A stretch of 64,000 nucleotides of DNA from Entomortierella parvispora E1425. Its lineage: Eukaryota; Fungi; Mortierellomycota. Under the pieces are notes generated by a model. It was given only the letters and a program-made list of their open reading frames with translations. It was not told where the DNA came from and did not search any database. Below are positions 26,571-40,514 of this stretch, piece by piece (the stretch's first letter is position 1; each line of letters begins with the position of its first letter). Location: contig BQFW01000006.1 in the NCBI GenBank assembly GCA_020891255.1, positions 2,372,475 through 2,436,474 on the forward strand, written 5' to 3'. The position numbers were made by a program, and so were the translations under genes.

Positions 26571-29500
26571 ATGCACATCATCAAGCCCGAATGGGTTTGC
26601 CACCTCAGTACGACCCGTGGGGCGATTATGGATTAGTTGCGTCTCTTGGTTCATGGACGCGATCTGAAGGATTAATCTCGCATTCATTGCTTCCTTCATG
26701 GAATAGACGACAAGGGGAAAAAGGCCCCCATCTATTCTCTACATGTTCATCCGGATGGCACGCGTCTAGTCACAGGAGCACAGGGTATGTTGACAAAGCA
26801 GGCGTCATCAATCGAAGGACTGTGCTCATATGGAACGGAAGAGCTAACAGCATATCCTTCCTTCCTCTGTAGATGCCAAGGTTAAAATCTGGAACTTGGC
26901 CCCTATTCTGAATGCGGACGAAGACCAGGATGTAGACTCAAAACGGCATCTTTGTACCATGTCTCTCCACAACGGTAAGCATGTTGAGGCGATATAGCGG
27001 CCGTGGAATGAGGGAATGATTTTTCTGCCGTGTTTTGCTTGCTGACTCTCAAGGGCAACCTTTCGAAATAGGCGCTGTTCTTTGCGTGAAATGGTCGAAT
27101 GGCGAAGGAAAATATCTTGCGACTGGATCTGACGATATGATCGTGATGATCTGGCAGTTGGATCGGTAAGTCTGATCATGAAACCGATGGCCACAACCCA
27201 AAAGGGTACACCGATATCAGACATCGACTGTGTTGCTAATAGGCTGCGCCTTCCATTTGATATCGTCCTTTAGAACTTCAGAAGCATGGGGTGGGTCTTC
27301 GTTCGGAAGCTCAGACGGACCAAATGTCGAAAACTGGCGCGGAGTAAAGCGATTATCGGGACATGAATCAGGTATATATCAACATGATGATACAGTACGA
27401 TCTCAAAGCTCAAGATAGCCTCTAATCGCTCATGCTCTATACTAGATGTTACTGATGTGTCATGGTCACCTGAGAATACGTACTTGGCTTCAGCAGGACT
27501 GGACTCCAAGATTTTTATTTGGGATGGAAAGACTTTTGGTAAGAATATGACTCGTTATTCATCAGGAACAACACTTCAAAGAATGTCTGAAGCTCACTTT
27601 TTTCACTGCCACATAGATCGCGTCATCACTCTGGATCAACATCAGGGATTTGTCAAAGGGTTGACTTGGGATCCTGTTGGAAAGTACCTTGCATCTCAAT
27701 CGGACGACAAATCTGTTTTGATCTGGAGAATCACGGACTGGGAGGTTGAGGTTGAGGTCACAGAGCCATTTGTCCAATCATCAGGAACAACCTTTTTCAG
27801 ACGACTGAGGTAACTCAAGAGACATTTGAGGAAAGACTATATCCAGAGGGTCATTCTTTAACCAGAGTTCATCTCTCTTATAGCTGGTCGCCCGATGGTG
27901 GCCATATTGCCACGGCCAATGCTTTCAATGGATCAATTCCAGTGGCTTCAGTAATTACAAGAGACAACTGGAAGGCTGATATCTCGCTCGTAGGACACAG
28001 TGCGCCAGTGGAGGTTGTGGCATTCAACCCTCTTCTTTTCAAAATTACGGATGCTTCAGGGAACATTGGCTTTACTTCGATTTGTGCAGTTGGCAGTCAG
28101 GATAGAGGCCTCACAGTTTGGAGAACTCACGAGGCAAGGCCCTTTGTTGGGATCAAAGAGCTGTTTGAGCACAGCTTCCTAGATCTGAGCTGGACACCGG
28201 ACGGTCAATCATTATTTGCATGCTCCTACGACGGCACAGTGGCAGTATTGCTGTTCCAGTCTGAAAACTTGGGCGAGGCAGTTCCAGCAGAGGAGAGGCA
28301 ACGACTTCTGGCCAAGTATGGATACGAGCGTAGAAAGGCTGTTATGGCAGAGACCCCACTTCAGTTGGAAATGGAGGAAAAACTTAATGCGAGCTCTGTA
28401 AAGTCAAGGATGGACCAGCTGATGAATAACGATACCTCCATGGAAGGCGTCACCTCCACATTCGCTAAACCCTCTGACCCAGCAGTCTTTTCAACGTCAT
28501 CGCCATCGTCATTACCCCCAAAACCACCAGTGCACATGCTTGCAAGTCAGCAATCAGTCACAGTTACGAGCGAGGGAAAGAAACGCATCAAACCCATGTT
28601 TTTGAGCACTGGTATGGGGGCCGTACCCGTGTTCAGGCCTGCCTTCCAGAATGCTACTCCGTCTCTTGCGGGGCAAGCCCAGACGGCGCCAGTCTCGGAG
28701 CATGTACCGAGGGGCGACCCAATCATGTCGATCCCAGCTGGAGGATTCCCTTCAGTGGTCGTGGGCACAAAACGCAAGGATCCACCCCCTAATGGAACCT
28801 CAGCTTCGAGTGGTCCAGTGAAAAAGGGACCCGAGACCAGTACAAAAGCAAAGGGGCAAAAGTCAGAGGAGGAGCCGGCATTCAGACCGGCAATTGCGGC
28901 GCCCCTTCTTACAGTTTCCAAAGTCAGACTTGGGATCCCTCAAGTGAGATCACACATCACGAGAAACAGAGCGGGACTAGAGTGCCATAACAGTGTCTCG
29001 GGCGACCAACCAAACAAGGTCATCTACAGCCAGAAAGGTGTCGTATCCTGGGTCGACTATTTGCCATCGCCAATTCTTCTGATGACTGGAAACTCGCACT
29101 TTAGCGCGGTGGCATGCGAGGATGGCGGACTTTACATATATTCTCCCTCAGGAAGGAGGTAAGAAGTTTTCATGATAACTCACTTGGAGTAATCTACTCA
29201 TAGAATCAGACATACCCCACTGACACGATATCTTCATTGATACTAGATTATTGCCATGTATCATGTTGGAGTCGGCAGCAACCCTCATCGATTGTGATAG
29301 AGAGTATCTGATGTGCCTCACCTCATGCGGTTTGATTAGTACCTGGAACGTGATGCGCCAAACAGCTGTGGTTTCGTCTGTCTCTGTCGCTCCTATTCTT
29401 CAGTCTTCACTCCACTTGTCCGAAACGACATCGTCCTCCGTCTCGATTACCTCTGCAACAGTGAGACAAGATGGTCTACCTTTATTGACGACCTCTTCAG

Positions 29501-30309
29501 GACAGGGATTTTCATATCATGAAGGCATGAAGACCTGGGTCAAAGTCATTGATCCTTGGTTCGCCATGTCATCATTCTTCGGATCTGATCCCGCTATTCA
29601 TCGGACAGGGACTACAGTTGATGCTTTTGGCGAATCGAGCACAACGGTCTCATTCAGGAAAGGCGTATTGGCGCAAATGCACGCAGCAGCCATGAGTGGG
29701 CGGCAGGAAAAGGATGCTGCCTTTGCTCAGGAATTGTTGAGAGTGGACGATAATGTCCAGAGTGCGGTGACGCTATCACATTTAGAGGTATGTTGTCAAA
29801 AGGGAAGTTGCTGTGGAAGGCACGTTTCCAATGCACATTTACTCTCATCTACGCGCGCTCTAACCATGGCCTGCATCTTCCATCTTCCCTTTTTTTTTCA
29901 ATTAGAATCAAATGGCTTCTGCGAGGGTACTTGGATCGGCATCGGAGTACAAACAATGGTTGAGGTGCTATGCGCAAAGACTCGCAGATGAAAGTGCTAT
30001 CGACCGAGTGGAAGAGCTGTGCAAGTATCTCCTGGGGCCAATCTATCAAGGGTAAGGGCGGCATTGCGTTTTATGATGTGTGGAAGACTCCGAGGTATAA
30101 ACTGATAAACGACAATGTTGTTTCATAGGGGAGAGCGATCCGGATGGGAGCCGACAATCCTTGGATTCCAGAAACGTGAGCTTCTAAACGAGCTGTTGCC
30201 CATCCTCAGCTCCAATAGGTCGCTGCAGCGTGTGGTCAAGGAGTATCTCTCGGGTCTGGAGATTGTCACGACGAAGGCTGCGCCTGCAGGCGCCGTTGCC
30301 ACCAAATGA
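26571..30309 (+). CDS. HIR1: Histone chaperone HIRA/Hir1 (WD40 repeats, B domain, Hira C-terminal domain), about 11 exons
   Basis: MHIIKPEWV start, VRWSNGEGKYLATGSDD, GHESDVTDVSWSP, VKGLTWDPVGKYLASQSDD, FFRRLSWSPDG, GKKRIKP B domain and TLSHLENQMASA. All introns are GT-AG. Confidence 0.95.
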
Positions 30310-30403
30310 GCTCGAAATAAAAAAGTCAAAAGAGTCACCCAAACGCCCTCTATTGTTTCATTCTTTCATCATCCATCTACAATTGATTCAGGACATCTCC
30401 TTC

Positions 30404-31748
30404 ATGCTGTCGACGTCGTTCCTGCTGCTGGATACAGCCACCTATGAGTGGCGTAAGGACTCTCCAGGCGATATTTCAAAGGAGATCAAAGAGTTCTTTA
30501 CCACAGCGACGTTCTTTGACAGGCCCAATGTCTTCTACAGAGGTGAGAGTTAATTGCCTGCTGCTGCGACGCCATGATCGCCAGAGTCCTTTCATCAGTC
30601 CCCTCTTTCTGGCATTTCTTGGCGCTTTTCAATTGACATTTGCATTTGGATCATCTCTCAAGGGCTAGACGACACCACCAAGAAATGGGTTGCGCTCATG
30701 TCCATGGCAGGCGTCGAGGAGACGCGCGAGATGCTTTGCCAAAAGTGGAATCATTCCTTTCCCCATCTCTATGCCTCCAAGGGTCCATTCTCTCAAGTCC
30801 AGGCAGCACCCAAAATGCCGGTGCTAAAGGCGTACTCGCAATTCTTGAAGGATATCGAAAAGCTCAACAAGATCCGCAAGGCCAAAGCAAAGTTGCATCA
30901 GTTCAACAAGGATTTCAACCACGCTGCAGAGCTTTACCGCCATTCACCCGCAATCCGCGCCAAGGACGGCAGCACGTCGACCAGTGGAGACGCGTCAGCT
31001 TCGACAACAGAGTCGTCATCGTCATCATCTGGATCCGGCTCACCTTCTGTTCCAGCCATGTGGTTCGTCTCGGTCGATATCGAGTCTTATGAGATGGACC
31101 ATTCAAAGATTCTCGAGATTGGCTGGTCCATCTGGGACTCTGGACTGAATGTGTTCCAGGACAAACACTATGCTGTGCAGGAATACCGGCATCTTAAGAA
31201 CGGTCGATGGGTCGCTGATCGACGGGATCGGTTCATGTTTGGAGAGACCTTGTGGGCACCGCTCAAAGAATGCGCAATGACTTTTCAGGACGATTTGGAG
31301 AAGGCGGCAAGGTACAACGACCAGGGCCAGTATGCATTGATTGCCCATGATATGGGCAGTGACGAGAAGTATCTGCGACAGATGGGCGTCAAGTTTCCAA
31401 AGGGGATGATTCAGTTTGATACCAAGGACATGAACGCGGCTCGGGCCAACAGCGCACACGACTCTACAAAGTTGGAAACTGTGCTGGATCAGATGGATAT
31501 CGAAAATTATTGCCTCCACAACGCTGGTAAGTCTCCTTCTGGGCAGGATGTTGGACGCGAGTTTTTAAATCAAAAAAAAAAATCAAATCTAACATATTCT
31601 TTGTCCTCTTGTCCTTATCATAGGCAATGATGCTCACTACACCTTGGAACTCTTCCTTGCGCTCATTCGTGATCGCATCGCCAATCAAGAAGTCTCCAAC
31701 GAAGACTCCTCTATTCCAGTGGAAAAGTTGAATGATCTGATGATCTAA
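30404..31748 (+). CDS. Gfd2/YDR514C-like protein with DEDDh (RNase H-like) exonuclease fold, 3 exons
   Basis: FVSVDIESYE...ILEIGWS, LIAHDMGSDEKYL, FDTKDM and LHNAG|NDAHYTL across an intron. Confidence 0.75.
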
Positions 31749-32041
31749 TGGATAATCTCTTCATGGACTGACCCGACCCATCTCGCTGTATTGTACATAT
31801 ATACCAATGGCTGTTTGCTTTTTTGAAAACGAATCAATAAACTGTTTCGTTCCTTTTTCTGTTCCTTTTTCTGAACAAAAAAGACTCGGGCTCTTTAATC
31901 AATGACTATGTACAAAGTGGAAACACTACTATTACAGGCGGGAGGAGAATTGCGAGAGGAGGCGACAGAGATCTCCCTTGGAGAGGTCAACTCAATGGCC
32001 AGGCAAAAATCCAAAAAAGTGAGTTGGATGGTGATTGTCCT

Positions 32042-32613
32042 CTATTCCTTGGAGATGAGGTTGCCAAACATGGGCATGGATCGCAACAAGAGGCTCTGAA
32101 CCTCGGCCTCTCCCAAGTTGGTCGATCCTGCGACAGAAGCCAGGTTCATTCTAGAAGAAAAGGATCCATGGTCGCTTGTTCCAAAGAATCCAGAAGACGC
32201 CTCCAGAACTGCGGCAGGCAAGTACGAAGCGAGCGAGAAGGTCGAGGAGGGCGAGGCTGAAGAAGGAGGAGAGGAGGACGATGGAGAGGAAGCGCCTTGT
32301 CCTGCCGAGAGAGTCGAAGGAGAGTTGGCCGAAACCGAAGTGTTGACGGTCAGCGAGGCGCCATCCCAGGTTTCTCTTCGAAGCGCAGCTGGAGAAGACT
32401 CTGCGGGAGAGCAGGACGACGAGGTGAGGGCAGAGCCACCTCGGGTGGACGAGCTGTGGGCGTGTCTGCCAGGGTTCTGCTGCCTCAAGGCTTGGGTGAT
32501 TCGAACGACTGTTTGTTTCGTCCACACGCAAAGGAGAAAAAAAAAGGGTCAGAGTGTATCCCTGTTGACACATGAGAGGGAGAGCAAGACAAGGTTGAGC
32601 ACGTACCATCCAT
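32042..32613 (-). CDS. Small Ser-rich hypothetical protein (2 exons, about 158 aa)
   Basis: ATG in CACAATGG context; a 98-nt GTACGT...ACAG intron (32509-32606) joins it in frame to ORF 32042-32527. No recognisable domain. Confidence 0.4.
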
Positions 32614-33278
32614 TGTGGGTCAAAGACAGTCACCAGTGATCGGATAAGGAATGATTGTGAGCGGGAAGTGCTTTGCTCGGGTCGAGGTCGTGTGGTGGAG
32701 GCGAAAGGGTGTCGAGCGAGTTCAATGAAGTCGGGCCGAGGAGGAGGAGAAGGCAGTTATATCAACGTCGCGGCCAATGTGCTTTCCGTTCTGGAAAAAG
32801 TACGAGGACATGTAGCTCGTGGGGAGGAAAAAGCGAATGGGTGTCAGCAGCAACGAGGGCGTGCCAGAGGAATCAACAAGAAAGAAAAGAGAATGGAGGC
32901 AGAGAATGAATGAATCAATGGCTGGAGATGAATGAACGTGAGGGGTGGAGAGAATGGAAAGACAAGGAGGAGAAGAGGAGGAGTATGAAGTGGAGGGGAG
33001 TGAGAAACAGAAGAAGGAAAGAGAAGGAAAAAAAAAAGTCTGCGTTCAAAGACACGACAGAACCCTGCGAGATTTGCTCCCAGATTATCAGCTTTGATTG
33101 TCCGCTGGGCGAAGATGTGCTTGTTAAGGGTGTACGCTAGCGCGTCCTTGTCTGCCTGTCCAACGGATGCATCCCCCATCGTACAAAACAAAAGCCATCC
33201 CCCATCGTATCATTGCGGTATGCACACAGCTGGGAGTCACTTCACATTTATTTCTTCATTCTATAGTTGCAAAAACAG

Positions 33279-36200
33279 TTATTGTTGATGTTGTTGGTGC
33301 TGTTGGAGCATCTGCTGTTGCTGTCGTCGGATAAATGGGTTGGTGCTCGTGCTGTTACTCCGGCTTGGAGGTAGAGAGAGCTCCATGCTATCCAACGGGT
33401 GATCCATGTCCCAGGGTGGTTGATAGTCAACTCTGCTTCGTTCGACCATTTCAATATCATCTATGTCGTGTAAGCCTCCTTGATTGCTGGTGGTGGATGA
33501 GGCTTGCTGTTGATGTTGTTGGTTCCTGTTGTAGGACTGCATTGGGGATAGCAAGCTAGGGCTGACTTGATCTGAACTCTGGCTCTGACTCGAGTGCCAC
33601 AGAGGGATAGAGTTCTGACTGGGATGTTCCATGTTGACGAAAAGAGTCTGATCGCTCGTACTTCGGAGTTTCCCTGGTGGTACTTCCTTCCCTGATTCTC
33701 CATCTCTGTCATCATAACTGATCTGCAAAGTAGGCGGAGGATTGTGGCTGCTTGTAGCTGATGGATTGGCCGTAGACATGTTCTCCATAGGGAGAACACT
33801 GCCAACATCCAAACTGCTGTCGCTGCTGGTCCCGTAAAGGTGATGATGGGCATCCTGCCTGCTGTTCTCAAAGAGATGGAACCAATAGAGCATCCGCTCT
33901 TCATCACGCACTTGAAGCAAGAAGTCGTACCGACTACTGCCAACGACCCGAAGAATGTAGGCCCCAGGTTCGCGCGAATGAATAAAGACAGAGACGTAAG
34001 TGAATGTCCGTCCTGTCTCGGGTTTGCCCTATCAAAAAAAAAAAAAAAAAAAAAAAAGAGATCCTGGTCAGAAAGATCCCACTCATGTAGCCGCTGTAAT
34101 GCTCCAGCACCCGACTCACTGTGTTGCCGATCATGTTGTATTGTATTGACCTACCACATCGAAACATGTAAAGTACCGTCCAGCTGGGTAAAGGATGACA
34201 CGTTTCATGGACCAACTTGACAGGAATGAAAGGTACCTATTCTGGTACTTTACTCCCATGTATCCCACATGTGACTCTTTCAGCGTCGACTCGCCCTTGT
34301 TTTCATCCAGAGTTCCAATGCTTCCTTTCCGTCCAATACTGATTCCACTACCCGTCATTGGCAATTGGACGCTACTAGTGTTGGTAGATAATCCTCCAGG
34401 CAAAGCGGCGCTCGTCACGCCAGGACCTAAAACCGCCAGGTTCCCTGCGCTGTTCATCCAAGCTGCTGCTGCGTTGCTATACAGGAACCCATCCAAGCTG
34501 CCGTCACATGTCACCTCATTGCCATCGTTATCGAAGCCAATGCCACTTCCACCACCCCCACATATTTGGGGGCTATGGTCCAATCCGGCTGCAGCGGCAG
34601 CGCGTTGTTGAGCCCGCTCAATCTGAGTGAAGAGTTCCCAGAGCTTTGGGAGAAAGAGGAACATGAGGGAGAATGTAGTTCCAAAGAGAATGACAACGGT
34701 CGAGAGAAAGAACTTTGTCAGGAACTCATCTTGAGGAAGAAAGATGGTGGGCACGGCCAAGCATCCAGAGAGGAGGATATTGCTAATGAGCAGGAAAAAA
34801 AAGAGGGGAGATAGTTTGATTTGAAAGTTAGAACGGAATCATATCATGTTCTCTTGTCAGCGAGGCATGTCAAAAAAAATACAAGACCCCTCTAGGAGTG
34901 AAGACTTACTAGACAACAAAGGCGATTTGTCTGCACTCGTTGTAATTGGCAGCCACATTTCTGTTTTTGTACGCGAGGAATGTCGCGACAAAGAGCAAAG
35001 CAGCGTTGTAGACAAACAAGATGACAAAAAATGGGGTGCTGGGTCCATCCTGGTTGTCGCAAGTCCAATAACTTGTGAAATTCGGCATGATGATCTGCTG
35101 CAACATGGGTGGCGTCTTGATAAACCAGACTGCCATGACGATCTAAAACGTCGATCCAAACACACCAGAGCAATTCAAAACAAGATTTAGTCTGAAGGCT
35201 CTGGCAGATGGGAGGAACCGATAGGCCAAAAATATCGAGAGTGCTTACCAGATTGAATACGAGCAGGGTTCCAACAATCTTGAGCAAGTGCGAATCACGA
35301 ATGACGCGTTTCGTGACATAGATATTATGAAATATCCTATACACGCGAAAGTTCTTGGCTACGATGTTGCTCACGACCAACACAAAGCCGACATTCAGCG
35401 TAATTGGCCGGACCATGCAAATCGCATCTGTAGGGATATCAAGTCCCATGACGACTGATATGTACAAAAGGATAAATCCTATCAACTCGAGGCAGCAAAA
35501 CAGAGGACTAACAACGACATGAGGAAGTCTGTGTGAGTAAGATGGGATGAGGCAGTGTTCGTTCTCCTTCTCATTTCTTCTTTACTTACCTCGAGGCCTT
35601 GATGACCTGGGTATCTCTGTAGACGACGACGATCAGCATCGCCAAGAGAGAAAACAGGACACTCAGTCCTGCAACTGATATAATGACCATCCCAATTGTC
35701 GATCCAAACTTTGGGTTCAGGATTTCCAGGGGTGCCGAGTCCGCAGGGGTATTGTAGGTGCCATCAAAGTACATAGGGGGGGAAGAGAGGTTGAATACCC
35801 CAGAGTACGAGGTTCCAATTGGTACAACCTTGCCGTTTTGAAAGTTGTACAAGATGAAGTTGCTAAAGGCCAAAAAAAAAAAAAAAAAAAGAAAAAAAAT
35901 ATGAGGAGAGGAAAGGAAGGGATTAGATACCATTGGTTTCTATGATGACAACACCTATTTTTCTTACCCATAGACCACGTCGCCATTGTCGTCAAACACC
36001 ATGGGCCCGCCAGGACCCGTGTAATTGGTGTTCATGTTTGGTGGTTTCAGTTTGTTACCAAGACGGCCTGTCGCAAGCAGATGAAGCGCTGTCAAGTTGC
36101 CCTTAACCGCGTTTGCAAATCCGTATGCCATTACCATCATGCACGAGTAAGCTTGAGGTTCGTTGCTTGAAATATCGCGCTGACCAGCGTATGGGTATCT

Positions 36201-38014
36201 AAGCATGATGGACGGAGGTCAATGTTAATATACTCTCCATTTTCAGTTTCTTCAGCCGCGGCAGTGAAAAAAGTTCAAAGGGAGATTGCCTACGACTTAC
36301 TCCGTCGGATTCAGAGCTGCCCATTTGTCCAGGAATTGATCATACGGTGGGTATCCATTTAGTTTGAGCAGGTTATCAAACATGAACAGCCCATTCAGCT
36401 CTTGAGGTTTCAAAGTAGAGTTGGCGTTTAGCAATGGTTCCGTGACCTGATTGATCGCCAGCCAAACATAGTCAGTGGAAACCAAGCCCTTGTTTCTACA
36501 TTCCATGAGGTTTTGGTAGAGAACGAAAAGTTCAGATTTAAAATCCTGTCGCCAAAGTACTGTCAAAAAAAAAGCGATGCCCTCGGCATGTCTTACACTG
36601 CTTCGGTCATCATTCGAATCTGAGGGACGCCCACGGCAGCAAGGAGAACGATCCGCTGACCAGAATCCCTGAGGCCATCTAGGGATGGGCCAACATCTGT
36701 AGATCCGCCCGTCTCCCAGAATGTGCGTCTGAATCCAATCTTGATGTTTTTTTTAGCGGCCCAAAGCGCAATGTTGTCCATCACTAGGAAAAGAGAATAT
36801 CCCAAGGGGAGGGGAAAAAAAAGAGTCAGGAAATGGCGCATGGTCGACTCCTCTTTGATAAACACCGGATGGGATCTCCTTACTCTGGGATCCAAGAGAG
36901 TCGCCCGTGTACAAGACGGCAATGGTATTCCATCCTCGACTTTCCACAAAGGTGACCATGACTTGTCCAAACATCAGCTCTGTTGGAATTGTCCTGAAAA
37001 AGTAACTGTAATCATCCTTGTTGGAAAGTTGTGCTATTCAGAGGAAATGGACTGTCAGTGTTGCAAAACCAAAGGAAAGAAATAGAGGTGGTTGAGATCA
37101 CTTACTTGATCCTGCCGAGTAGGAACATTGCGGAATCGACAGCCGACTGGTCAGCAAGGCCGATTGAACCGAGAGCGCACTACTCACGTCTCCTATCACG
37201 CCTGCTACGCCTCCATTGGTCTGCAACAAGGAAACGGTCGAGAAGATGGCCTGGGCTGCGCCCGAGTTCTCTGGGTCCAGTCCATTGAACGAGTCCTTCA
37301 GGACCAAAGTCACGTATGCACCCGGGATCAGTTGGTTGGCGTTGATCTCGCTCGCTGCAAGCCGGATCGCTGATGTCCCGCTGTGGTGAGGGAAAAAAAA
37401 GCCATCACCAGATTAGAACAAAAAAAAAAGCTTGATTGCTCCTGCTCATCTACACGCAGAGGGTGCTGCAGCCAAAAGAAGCGAAAAAAAAAACGGAGGT
37501 CAGGGTACCTGAAGGTGAGATCTTGCGTCAGATTGTTGGGGAGAGAATAGGGTAGGAGGACACCGATCCTGATTTCAACCAGGCCTGTCCGAAGCGTAGC
37601 GTTGGGTGTTATTGATAGCGAGTTGTTTGTGCCCGTTGCGGGCGTGTAAGGAAATACCCTCTGCGATGCATTGGGTTGGTTCTGTGGAAGGAGGAGTCCT
37701 ATCGGTTGTTGAGGTTGAGATGCTGATGGGGAGGGTAGTGAGGTGGGCGGCAAGTAGGGCGAGGGGAAGGACGCGGGAGAGATAGGAGTGGTGGCGGTTG
37801 TGGGGCTTGGAGAGGGGTTGCTGACTGCTTCTTGTCGTTTCCTGAGGGCATTAGAGTGGTCTTGTCGTTGCTGTCGTGTATCATGTCGGGGATTGTTGAG
37901 GGAAAGAGGGGTAAGGGAAGAAGATACTTGTGTGCCAAGGAGGAGGAGGATGAGTATGAGGGTTGAGATAGTCCTATATGACGATGTCGGTGGTTTCGAG
38001 GACAGGCACTTCAT
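33279..38014 (-). CDS. Class C (GABA-B/glutamate-like) GPCR: signal peptide, Venus-flytrap/ANF-receptor domain, 7TM and PH-like C-tail
   Basis: Signal LILILLLLG; IRIGVLLP; GVIGDVSSALS; IPQCSYSAGS; GWNTIAVLY; GPGGPMVFDDNGD; IKAS; AKNFRVYRIF; NYNECRQIAF. Stop at 33279-33281. Confidence 0.85.
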
Positions 38015-38453
38015 GATGGAATTAAAGAGATGGATGCAAAGGCTGATATGTTGATGAGGTGGAGAAAAGTGCGGAGGAGGATGTCGTCTATGGTGGTATG
38101 CGGGTCCCTGACAGAAGAGGCCCTGAGGATCTACTTTTGTTTCTTCTGGGGACGAGGGAAGCGAATCCAAGCAACGGTGCAGGCAAGCAAGGGACACGTA
38201 TGAAGGAGAGAAAGAGAAAGAGAGCGGGAGAGAGAAAGGACAAAGAGAGAGAGAAAGGAAGGAAATGAGGCGTTAGACCGATGAAAACTGAGAGGAAAGG
38301 ATAGTGATCAAGTTGGCGCTGTCTGCAAGAAACTCGCGATGGACCGCTCCGGAGGCGATGATCCTGTTTACTAGGGAAGAGGAGCAGCAGAGAGCACAGA
38401 GTGATGTTTGAGACGTTTTTTGTGCAATGGAGCAAGCGACAAAGAGACAGAAG

Positions 38454-38459
<6 letters not shown>

Positions 38460-38487
<28 letters not shown>
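38460..38487 (+). repeat. (GACA)7 microsatellite
   Basis: Seven perfect copies upstream of the GPCR start. Confidence 0.85.
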
Positions 38488-40514
38488 GCAGACAGATAGA
38501 GAGAGTAGATGGGATGACTAAAGGCCAGAAAAGAAAAGAGTCGGCATGCAAGGCAACGGAGGACCGTACAGAAAAGGGAGGAGGATGGGACGGGGGGACC
38601 ATCATGACCATGACCATGGGCCTTGAGGGGCCCCACAGTTTGATATCACCGTCCGGTGGGGGGAAGGGTAGATGCTGGAGTTGCTTGTGTCAGCGTTGGG
38701 CAGCAGTGATCTCTGGACAGGTGGCCTCGCCGGTGCGGATGAACACCAGGCAATGACGACGACCGACGACAGCCGACGACGGCAGCAACGGGGCAGTAAC
38801 GTTGTAATAAAATGACAAGGGAGCCGGAAGGGCTCTTTGAGGAAACGGTGCCCAGTTCAATTGACCCGCTGCAAAGGCAAAGGCGAGGGAGGGGGTGCAC
38901 AAGTACCTGTGGAAAAAGGTTTTATGATTTGCCGCACTGGAGGGTGGCAAAGTGGTTAAAGTAGACAGGCAGAGTGCACAGATGGCGTGGAGCAAGTCTT
39001 CAGATCCCTTTTATGAAGATGACCATCCCACAGAAAATAAAAAACGAAAAAAAAAAAGTCCGTTATTGCAAGGGCAGAGTGGAATACCCGCACCGAGGGA
39101 CAGAAGGGCCTGATGGTGGACTAAAAATAAAAGAAATCGCGCGAGCAGGATGACCGTTTGGGTGCATGGACGGTCTCTGTTTGTCTCGGCAGGGATCAGG
39201 GTGCAAGCTGACGGAGGGATCGTGGTGACGACGGAAACCGGTCTTTGTTGGGATGTGGGATGGGCGCAACATTAGAGGGGGACGAAAAAAAGGAGTTGCC
39301 CAAACTCCAAACAGGAGTCAACGGGCCCACTCGATTTCTTCAACAAGGGACTGCAGCATGGCCCAAATGCAGTCCCTGTCGACCAGCTGCAACCAAAGTG
39401 CTGGGAAAGGGGAGCATTGCGTTGTCGAGAGTTTGTGGATCGACGCGAGTCAACAATATAGTCTATCTAGACGACCAGGGAGAACTACCTTGCTCTGGTG
39501 CTGTGCAGCTGTTGGCATGTAGCACGGGGGCCGTAATGTGAAGGCGAGAGTAAGGTTATGTGGAGTGAGAAGGTCAATAGGAAAGGGGGAGATATAGCAG
39601 TTGGGCGGCAAGGATCGAAGGTTGGCGCAGTAACAAGAACGTACAGGGGCCAGTATGGACATGGAGGCACTCTGATGGAGTGAATGGAAAGCCGAGGAAC
39701 CAAAGATGGAAGGACAAAAGAAAAAAAAAGAAAAAAAAAAGGAAAAAAAGGGAGCAGAGATGAAAAGGGAATGGAGGGAGGATGGAAAGGTGGAAGTCAA
39801 AGATAGCTTGAATGAGGAAGGGGTTTCTGGAAGACTGAGATCCAGTCTGGTGGCGTGCGGATGATGAGGTACCGGCTGTCTCCTCAAGGGGGCCAGTTGC
39901 GTGTCGATCGGGAGAAGGCGTAGCGGAAGCAAAGGGAGAAAGGGCATTGAGCACCATGTCGCCTGTCCCCATTCCGCCCATTCGAGGGTCACACCCTGAT
40001 CTCTCCTTTCTTTTGTAATATCGACGCTCTTGTTTGAGGGTCCAACCATTCATGCATTTCTGCGGTTGAGCAGGACAGGATAGGTGGGGGCAGACACGCT
40101 GAAGAGGACAGAGGACGAAGAGGAGAAGAAGGAGAGGGGGGAGGAACGTTCTGCCTCCTTGGAACAATGGGCGAAAGAGCCTTGGGGAGGGAGCAGGTAT
40201 ATGAACAAGGGGCTGCAGTCAAGATGCAGGCACGGCGCGCCAGCAAGCCCGATCCTCATAGTCGCAGCCATGACCTGCCAACAGGACGCGTCCTTGCCGT
40301 GTCTGTCTGCCTACAGAAAGCGACATCTCGTCTTCCTTGGCCGCCGATTGAGTTCATGCTCTTGGCGCTTGGCCAGGCCAGAGGGGCGAGTGCTCTTGCC
40401 CAATGGGAGCACCGGTGCCGTTTCCCACAAAGAGGGTCGCCATCGAGTTTTTCTTTCTTTCTTTCTTTCTCTTCGCTCTCCGTACACTCACCCACATACA
40501 CACAACCGTTGGCC

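Noticed and set aside
32042-32527. Treating this ORF as the last exon of the GPCR
   Set aside because: The GPCR frame ends at TAA 33279-33281, and this ORF has its own plausible ATG and intron.
38088-40271. ORFs of 100-200 aa in the GPCR / mitochondrial-protein divergent intergenic region (e.g. 38690-38995)
   Set aside because: No recognisable domain or consistent splice structure; low-complexity UTR-like sequence.
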